The notes beneath the pieces are model-generated. The model saw only the letters and a program-made list of their open reading frames with translations, was not told the DNA's origin and did not search any database. The translations under genes were made by a program, and so were the position numbers. This document shows positions 55,201 to 64,000 of a DNA stretch of 64,000 nt, piece by piece. Source of the DNA: Raillietiella orientalis (lineage: Eukaryota); assembly GCA_036172245.1 (NCBI GenBank), contig JAYWIR010000016.1, positions 3,100,001-3,164,000 of the forward strand. Reading direction: 5' to 3'. Every line of letters begins with the position of its first letter. Positions within the stretch are counted from its first letter, which is position 1.

Positions 55201-58200
55201 GAATCTAGAGTACCTCACGCTGATGATGCTGGAAGCGGAGACGCAAGGGAAGTTCAGAGCGTCTCTCCGCACGTCCCAGTGCCTGCTGGTGGACGAGGGG
55301 TGAGCCGAGTCGAAGATGACGATGGACAGGTTCGCTTCGATGGGGAAGTAGCTGAGAAGCTGGATGCCTATGACGAAATCCTCGTCCGTCTGCCCCGTGA
55401 AGACGGGTCCAGATGGCGCGCGTGATTCCTCCCTTCCTGGAAGCGGCGCTCTAACGCACCCGGAACCTCGTCGTGTTCTCGAAGGAATCCGCTGACGCGG
55501 CGGAGGACTGCATGAACAAGTAGGCGCTGCGGTACTTCCTGATGAACACCTCCTCGGGAGACGCGGACACCTGCGGCAGACTGACCACCAGCTGTTTGGT
55601 CGTCTTACTCCAGCTCAGGAGCTGCCTCCTTTCAAAGTTGGACAGCGTGGGTTCGAAGTGAATCCCTGACTCCCGGTTGTCCACAATTTCGGAATCTGGA
55701 AGGTTTCGAAGCTCGAGATGTGAGCCGGGAGAGGAGCAAGGGGTGCAGGTGCGTGGTGTGACGGGAAGCGCTCCTTCCCGCCTAGCTTCTACAAAGCGGC
55801 CTGGTTTGAGAGGTCGGTGCCCGGACACGTCGTCAGGGGGCTGCGCGGTGCCTGCAGGCGAGGGGAGAACACGCTCGGAGCATCCGGACCTCCTTTCCGG
55901 GACATTTCAGAATGGGGAAAACTCGTCGAATTCCAGGCAAATCGAAAGAAGTCCAGTCGCCTTGGGCGTTCCCTGTGCGAGCAACTACAGGCCGAAAGGA
56001 GGCGGGGGATGTCGCAAGGCGGGGACGACTGGCAGCGGAAACGCCTACAGGCAGATTCTCCGTATATCCTGGCGAGGGATCCGAGGGGGGTGGGAGAAGG
56101 AAAGGAGATTCGCGCGCGCGCCTGTGCAGGACTGCCATCTCCGAGACGGTTCAAGGAAGCCTTCTGAGCCCGCGGTGGCGGAGGTGCTACGAGGATCGGC
56201 CGAATGGTGTCCTTTCGAGAGCCCCACGGCGGGCTCTCGAAAGCTCTGTGCATGAGCAGCAAGCAGCCGGAGTCTCCGCGGGGATGCGCAGGATAGAGGC
56301 TACCTGGTGCGGGAGAATTCCCGTTCTGCGTTGGAGGGAAATTCGCCAGGCGCCTCTCTCCAGGGGCAACTCGAAGAAACGCCTCGGAGAGCTCCAAGAG
56401 AAATCCAACCGACACTTTCGCTGCTCAGCATCGCGGAACAGCAAACTATCCGAGCTACTGAGACCCCTGTGAGCGCCGTCCACGGAGAGGGGGAGGGGTA
56501 GGACCGAGACGGAGTGGGGAGAGAAGCGGGATCGCTGAAGCGAATCGGCGATACGTGCGCAGCCTCTCCCTCTTGCTCATGGAGACCGACATGGAGACAT
56601 GGGGACAAACAAGAACCTCCCCAACTCAGGAGTGCCAAGGAATGGTGCTAGGCCAGGAAGAAGCACGGAGGAATCGCAAGCGACAGCAGCGACCGCTCCC
56701 GAGGGACGCCTCTTAGCCAAAGAGACCTGCCGCCCGAGCTTCCGTCCAGGAATCCCTGCAGTCTCCAGAAAGGAGGGTCTCGAAGATCGAACCAGGAGAG
56801 GAAGCCGCGATCCCATCGATCCACGAGTGATTCCTCCTTCCAGAGAGTCGAGACGACTTCCTTCCGAGCGTGCTCACGTGGGTCAACAAACGGCTGTCCA
56901 AAGACCGACGCGGCCAAAACATCCAGAGGATGCACCGGCTGGGATGCCCTGGGTGTCCACTCACCACGATCGAGTCCGCAGAAGACGTTATTCTGTCGAA
57001 GGTCAAGCCCCGAGGGCTCGGCATAGCCACGAAAACAACCCAGTGTGACGGACCTAAGGTCATGACCGCATCCGACAAAGGCTTCTCCCTATTTCAAACA
57101 GCCCTCTGTCCTTCCTGCTCACCCACCGACGCAGCGTTCGCGCGCCACCCTTTTGCGCAGACCGAGGAAACCCTCGTCCACTTTATGCGATGCCGGGAAC
57201 CCTTGAATTGACCCTCATCTGTAGAGTCTGCAGACAGGAGGCTGGTGTCAGTTGCGTCCACTTCATGCAACAGCAACCAAGTTCTGGAGGCAGCCGATCA
57301 CACAGCAGGAAACTGACCAATAGGAAGACATGGGAGGATTTCTGGCACATGCTGCGAAAAGAAGGAGGGAAGCGGAGAGGAGAACGGAGGGAGGGGGGGA
57401 TGGAACGTCTTGGAGAGAGTCTGGAAACATGAGAGAGAAACGAGGGACGAGTTTTCCAGCCACGAACGAGAGAAAGGGAGGGAAGGGGGGATAGTCTGAG
57501 TCCCACGGGCGTGATCTGGAGAGTGCGTGGTGTGCCGAGGAGGACCTACCAAGGAAGCAGAGCAAAAGAGTCGTGACTTCCTTTCTTGTAGTGAAGAGGC
57601 AGCAGGCCACGGTGGTGATGACCCGGCACTGCCCGGAGATGCCACGTCGAATGTGGAGGAAGGAGTGAGGTGGGGAGGAAGTGCATCCCGCAGCGCAGCG
57701 CCCCAGCTGGAGGGCGAAGGAATCGACGACCTCTCCCCTGCAATGCTGAGCCCTTCACCCTGGATGATGCGCCCGGTCTTCTTGCCTCCATGAAGAGCCG
57801 AAGTGACCGAGAAGATCTTCCACTGTGTACGGCCATACCGTGCCGACGCAGCAGAAAGCGAGAAGAAGGGCGCGGCAAGCCCGAGTTCGAAGGGCAACTA
57901 CATGCGCACCGCACAAGAGCAGAATACTCCCTAGCAAAAAAGATGATGCGTTCTCGTACTGGAAGGCGAAAGACACGCAAAGAGCACACCGTGGACGCAG
58001 AGGAAATCCCAGACCTCGAGTTCGACGTGGACGCTAGCGTAGAGTCGGGAAGAGGGAACGGGAAGGGAGCATGGCTGATCGGGAGCGATCCAGCATCCCG
58101 CGCAAAGGTGGGAACATTGGAAGTCTTCAGTCGAAATCATTTCAAAGTGTCGCTGGGAGGGGAGGGGAAGGAGGGGAGTCAGGCAAAGGAGCAAATCTGA

Positions 58201-61200
58201 GGATTTCCTCTTCCGGAGGCGGCAGAAGCTCACGAGAGTTGGATGCTCGATACGGTCGAGTGCGTCATGCGGTCCAGGGCGGTCTGTCCACGTTCCTGGG
58301 ACCGGCCGGCATCTCGATTAGAGGAGATAGCCGCGAAGAGTGGGTGCCCTCAGTGGACATAAGTTGGCATTGGCGCGATGGCTGCTCCAAGAATCGAGGA
58401 TAGCTAGGTGCAGCGTACGTCGTCGTCGCCCTGAACAGATGCATCCTTGGATATCCTTTGCACCTGTTTCTACGTTCCGCATAAAACACGGAGGAAAGGG
58501 TGCCCGGGGTGCACGTTCAAACGTTCGTTACCACGTTCTTGGTGTTCAGGTGGGCACGAAGCTCGTTCGAAGGGCGTGCCTTTACCGGGATTCGAACCCG
58601 CGGCCCCTTTTCACTTCGGAATCATAGGTTTCCGTACCGAGCCTGCAGGCTTGAGTTACGGATGGAAAGACTGGTGGCGGTCTTCCACTGGAGAGTGGAC
58701 CATCCAAGCCTGAGCTCGGTCGCTCGCAGGGAGGCCACCAGGAGCAAGACTCTATGCCCCTCGCGCCCGAAGCATCAAGCACCTGGCAATAGAATCGAGG
58801 GAAGGCTCCAGCTAGGATGGAAGGGACACCAAACCATCCGATTCTTCAAATTATGCTAAAGCTCGCGAGCTGGACAGCCCAGTGCAGAGGAGTGCAAAGT
58901 TTGGTACAAGGAAGGGAGGAGGAAGGAACGCTCCCAGATTCTGAGGAGCTTGAAAATATAGAAACGAGTAAGGCGAAACCCGCATCCGGCTCGTGGCACC
59001 CGGTCAGAAGTGACCTCAGGGCAGACAGCCACGATTGTTTCGACACCGACTATGTCCGCTCTTTGGACCGCCACGCACCCGAGGACTGGGAGTTCCCAAA
59101 GCGAACTCATACAGGGAACCTCGAGAGCGAAAGCGGGAGAGAATCGCGCGGACCGATGGGCAGGTACGCGACCTTGAGGGAAAGCAGCGAGTGCCTCCGC
59201 GTGCTCGTCTTTTGGATCCAAGAAAAACTCGCTCCCGGAACGTGTGCGGTCCCCCTGGAGGCTGCGCGCTCGGAGATGTGGCTCGTGTGGTCCTACCGCC
59301 GGAAAAGACGACGCAAACCCCTTCACTTTTCCATCTGTTCTCTTAGGAGTCATCGATGACAGGTCATCACTACCCGACCGGCTCCTGGTGATCACAGTGA
59401 AGGGGAGACGGCTCAACGATTTCGTTGCCTGCGCTCGACACCCCAGGGTAGCTGGGTGCGCGCAACCACTCTGATGCTGGAGCACGCGATTTCGTGGCTC
59501 CTAGAGGGATGAGAATGGATCTCCAGCACTGCTCTACAAACGTGCCAACCTCCCGCTCGCAAGGTTGGGGTGGGAGGTGGGGGATCACGAGAAGGCCCAT
59601 TCGCTTTACCCGCAGTCTCTCTTCCTCCCGTTTCGCGAATTTTGGGACGAGAAACTCCGGAAGACGGTCCCGAGGGTGTCGCGCCTGCGCCATTCGATTC
59701 GGCGGGACTGCTTCCCGCGCGTTCTCTTCTGAGAAGAAGAAGAGAGCACTCGTGGACGCAATTGGCTTCATTTTGAAGGAAGCCAAGCGCGAGATTCACC
59801 TCACGAATTCTTCCTCATGGCGCTCACCGGCTTCGCGGCTGCAAACGCAGGCAGACGCCCAGGCGAACGGCGGAACTGTGCGGTGAGGGATGACGTTTCC
59901 CCAGGGAGCCGCTAGTGGGATGTGGCGCTGCTTACACCCGTGAAAACCCGCTGATGCCGCGCTTTCTAGGCAGAAGGGTGGCTGCGGCGCGATCCGGGCG
60001 AGCACGAAGGGGAGGGGAGGAAAAACGAGCATCCGCTGCACTGCATTCGGCGGCGGATGCAGGGAAAAATACGATGCGACGATGAAATCGGAAGGAAACA
60101 AGAAAAAGTGGTGAAACACACATTCGAGCCATCCGAGGACCCTTGCAAACGATTATCGGGACACGGGGCGACGTGAGCGCAAGTATGTATGGAAATGACA
60201 AGCGTCCAAGTTTATCGGTCAGATGAGTCTCCGGCCATCGCTCCAGACAAGAGGGGGAGGCGAATACAACATTACCCAAGAGTTTCAAATCCAGAGTTCT
60301 CAAGCAAATCCCATGTCGCTGATTCCTCAGGAACCGGGAGCGAACTATGTGCTTGGTCCCCTTCTCCCGGTTGTAAAAATCCGAGTACACTATCTCCAGT
60401 CCATCCAGCAGGTTGTCCTTGACAACAACATCTTGGACGACATGATGGTTGAAGTCGATTTGAATCGCTGAAAATCAGCAACATTAGGATGCAGAACCCT
60501 CTCGGTAGAGGCAAAAGAAGGGGTGAGGAGGGAATAATAGAAGGAAGGAAGTAAACTCCTCACGTACTCCCCTCCCCCCTCACGTGTCTCTCTCCAGCCC
60601 CAATTTCAAAGACGGGGAGGGGGGGAGGGGGAATGTACCTGGACTCAGAAGATTGCTTCCGGCATCAAAAAGACCAGCCCTCTCAATAACAGCGTGCTTC
60701 AATATGGACCTTTCCGCAGTCATCCCGAACCGAATCCCGGACCACGCCAAGTCGTAGCACCTCAGGACGACGTCTTCGTCGTGGTTGCAGGAGTTGTCGA
60801 TGTCGTCTGCCTGCTCGGCATAGCACTGGGTGACATCCGTGTCGAATTCTGTGCACTTGACGTTGCTGTCGTGCATTTCAAGATCGATCAGAAACCAGGG
60901 CTTGGCAACGGGAGGTTGCAACAGCAGCACATGCACGCACGCGCTCAGCGAGCACCCTTCCGGAACACGTGCGCAAAACGGTGGGGTCGCGAGGACAAGC
61001 CCATGTGACCAGGCGCAACATGCGGCCGCGACGAAGAGCAACGAGGCCTTCCAGGAAAAGGGTCGAGTCTTTCTAGTAGGCAAAAGGAGAAGGGGAATCG
61101 CGTTCCGAAGCACGCCATCCGAAAGGATGCTCCAGGCATAGACAGGTGAGCATGGACCCGGTGGTCCGACATCCTGTCCATGATATCCCCTTCTGGCACG

Positions 61201-64000
61201 GACATCGACATCGCGACGAACGTTCCACGCAAAGCTACGCGTTCTCCAGACAGTAATTTCAACGCACTGCGCGTTGTTCTTAGGCTCGGGGAGTAGGGCG
61301 GGGGCGAGCAATGGAAGATCCAATCGCCTTACCTGAGGACGATGTTCACGTCTTCATATTCGCCAGATATTATCGACTTGTTCAGCAGATGTTGTTCCGC
61401 GTTCAAGACCAGACCAAGCTGATGACACACCACAGCGGAATCTTGCACGGTCCAGCCGTAGTTGCAAACGGACCCCCACTTTGGACCGATCTTCACCTAC
61501 ATCATAAGGGAAAAATGTCGATCCGAGTCAGCTCGAAAGGGGAAATACGGACGGAGGGAAGACACGCGTACCGGCAGCGAGGGTGGAGGCAACCGCACAG
61601 CGCAGAGCCTGAACGTAAGACTAAGACGGTGGGGGGAGGCGAGTCCCTCCCCCTCCGCTCGCGTCGAAGACACTCGGGTAGTTTTCGCCTACGGGGTTTC
61701 CGGCCCAGAGTGCGCCCGAGTAACTGCGCCGCGATTCCTCCCTGCCGTCCGCCACCTTCGTCTCTGAGGGAATTCTCACCGGAAAAGGATTGGAAGCGCC
61801 TTCCGAAGGAGCAGGGAGGCTTGATGATCAGCCGACGACAGGGGGAAACTAGAACTGGTGAAGCGTCATCAGCGGGAAGCTGCACCGGTGCGAAGACGTG
61901 CCCTCCACCCCAGACTCTGCAGCGATCGGTTCGGAATCTGACGCGAGTTCCTGCAGCTGCTGTTGGGTCCATCGTCGAAGGGAGCAGCAGCCCACGGTCA
62001 TGCCCGCAGGCGCAAGAACGCGGTCGCGAATGGGAGATTCGAAAAGGGTGCCACTGCGGGGCAGTCCGTTCCCTCACGGGGAGAAAAATCGCGCTTCTTC
62101 GCATCCCTTCGTGACCGAGAAGAGATCTGCCTGCAGCACCATCTTTTCCCCTTCCCTCTTTTCTTTCCATGCGCGAACGCACCGCTTGCGGGACTCTCCA
62201 GGTGCGAACTCGACGCCAGAGGGGAGGCCGGAAAGAACCGTAAAAAGACGAGCGGGGGGATCTTACCTGCAGGACCCCCTCGTTCCTGTTCTGGCCACCA
62301 ACCAGTCTCACGTTGAGAGACGAACGGTTGTACCCGAAATCTTCCAGCAAGGAAAAGGTGACCTGGTGAGCACTGCTGTAGTTCGTTCCCTCGGCGTGCA
62401 GCTGCCCGGCGACCATCATCCCAACCGCGCGGTCGAATTTCAGCGTCGTCCCGAAAGGGATCTTGAGTATGCCTCCGGGTCTCACGTAGATGTCCCTTTT
62501 GACCTTGAGGACCAGCGGCTCGTCAGTGTACGAGATGATCTCTTGTCCCGTCAGCTCCCCGCCGATCTCGGAGTTCCCGGGGACGTAGAATGTGGGGATG
62601 TACTCGTCCCCTCTCGAGATGAAATCCGTCTCGGGGTCGTTGTACAGCAGCAAGTAAGGGTTGTAGATGACCTTTGCCAGGTTGTACCGGTCCTTCCTGT
62701 CGAAGATGCGAGAGAATATGTACGAAGCGTCCTTGGAGCCCAGCCAGTTGTACGAGGCGTTTATGGACACGCTCTGGTCGGTGACCCTGGACGCGATCTC
62801 GTAGGCCGACCTGTTGTTGGACAGGATGTTGCGGTACACCTGCACGTTGCTGGAGCCGATGGCGAGCACCGCGCCCACCCGCTTGCGCAGGTTCAGCCCG
62901 GCGAACGGTTCTTTCACCTCGTTGTCCTCAACGAAGTTCCTGGTGAACAGCAGGTGCTGCAGGGAGCCGTACTGGGAGAGCTCCAGGATGGCCACGAACA
63001 ACCCTCGGTTGCCGGTGAATCGGTTGTCGCTGATCTCTATCTGGGCGGGAAGGGTGTCCAAAACTATGTCGTCGTTGTTGTTCTGGATGAGAATGGTGCC
63101 CGTTTTCTGCCCACGGAACTGGTTGTACGCCACGCGGCCATCCACGTTGACCGCCGGCGAGAGGTCGACGGCCAGGGCATTTCCCCTGAACTCGTTGTTG
63201 CCAACGACGAAGGAGGTCACCGCCTCATTCCCTTTCAGGCAGGATGTTAGCTTCAGCGCGGAGCGACGGTTGTTCTCGAAGATGTTGCTGCTGACGTTCA
63301 CCAGCTTGACAGGAAGGGGGTTGCAAAAGTTGCCCACCACCGCCCCGTGGTGACCGTTCTGCTCGATCCTGGAGTAGGCAACCACGACCACGTGGCGCAC
63401 CGGGACGACTGCAGAGGTGCGGTTGGCGAAAACAGCGACTCCGTGCTCTGTGTTCCTCTGCACCGTAGAGCGGACGACGTTCACCGCTCCTCCCGCGTAG
63501 TGGACAAACACCCCGGAGCCTTTGTTGTACTCCAAGGTGCTGTGGGTGACGTTCACTTCGCCTGCCCCGCCGGCGACGAAAACGCCCCCGACGTGACTGT
63601 TGTTGGCCACATAGGACTTTCTGACGGCTACCGCACCGCGCGAGTCCTTCACGAGGACTCCCGCGCCCTCGTTGGACAGAATTCTGCAGTGCTCCAAGAC
63701 GAGGTCGGCCTTCTTGGCTTAGGGTTGGAGGGACAGGTAATGCGAGCAGCGGACACCCCTCCCTCCCTTTCCCCTTCTCCGCATCCCTCTCTCTGAAGTT
63801 ACCTCTGTCGCTGCTGACCTTGATGTGGACGATAGCCCTCTTGCCTCTCAAGGATTTGAAGCTGATGTAGATCACGTTGTGCGACGACGACACGGACTGG
63901 GGATACGACACATTGTTGACCCGGTGGTCGAGGAGCACCCGTCCGATCTCGTCGGATCCGTCGCGAACGGTCAGCGACGCCGTGTCGTTCTCCTCCGCAT
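40269..64000 (-). CDS. bark: Protein bark beetle / anakonda (tricellular junction protein: SRCR, CUB-like, PbH1 repeats, C-type lectin, TM, PDZ-binding tail); 5' part outside the window
   Basis: Phase-consistent exons: >64000-63803, 63717-62267, 61496-61333, 60865-60639, 60467-60276, 55695-55460, 55389-55152, 55002-54891, 54840-54628, 52846-51573, 51513-51360, 49943-49689, 49632-49127, 47567-47356, 47154-46924, 46819-46695, 46639-46514, 45585-45330, 44352-44148, 43634-43387, 40778-40269. SRCR motifs VRLVGG...EGVLQV...WGSVCNYGW and GFLEVYNRTTLQWVPVCD; lectin GKCPPNWRLISGTCY...LPFICE; TM VILTAMVVSVVAVLMIVVVIIVWLL; C-terminus LLETAM. Confidence 0.95.
58500..58665 (-). mobile_element. tRNA-derived SINE-like fragment in a bark intron
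   Basis: The minus strand has an A-box-like aggctcggtacgg (58644-58632) and a perfect B-box ggttcgaatccc (58598-58587), 33 nt apart. There is no acceptor stem or cloverleaf. Boundaries are approximate. Confidence 0.55.

Noticed and set aside
58575..58650. Possible tRNA gene (GGTTCGAATCCC T-loop)
   Set aside because: No acceptor or anticodon stems can be built, so it is treated as SINE-like.
44767..63796. Many long plus-strand and alternate-frame ORFs over bark (for example 61898-63250, 51967-52863, 49002-49742)
   Set aside because: They are antisense shadows of GC3-rich bark exons or stop-poor GC-rich intron, with no recognisable domains.

Overview
This is eukaryotic, intron-containing genomic DNA. 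The bark beetle orthologue points to an arthropod, but the lineage cannot be fixed from the sequence alone. I reconstructed six spliced protein-coding genes by hand from GT-AG sites and phase arithmetic: milton/TRAK (-, 15907-25346), a kynurenine aminotransferase (+, 26452-28087), a SPATA17-like IQ protein (+, 32004-~32735), FERRY3/C12orf4 (+, 36180-39666), COA8/APOPT1 (+, 39712-40227) and the 3' part of bark beetle/anakonda (-, 40269 to beyond 64000). Mobile DNA includes a hAT-type MITE (9149-9645), a 5'-truncated zf-RVT LINE with a 12-bp target-site duplication (TSD) and an inverted copy of flanking DNA at its 5' junction (28740-29479), and a tRNA-derived SINE-like fragment (~58500-58665). 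Bases 1-15900 are mostly unassigned: an old ~0.6-kb direct duplication, microsatellites and a few orphan exon candidates. The most striking structure is the FERRY3-COA8 junction. Only 45 nt separate the two CDSs, there is no poly(A) signal, there is an unpaired polypyrimidine-CAG acceptor, and an in-frame 13-codon mini-ORF sits between them. This makes it a candidate dicistronic/operon unit, and it abuts the convergent bark stop 41 nt further on. All gene identities come from recalled family motifs, not database searches.
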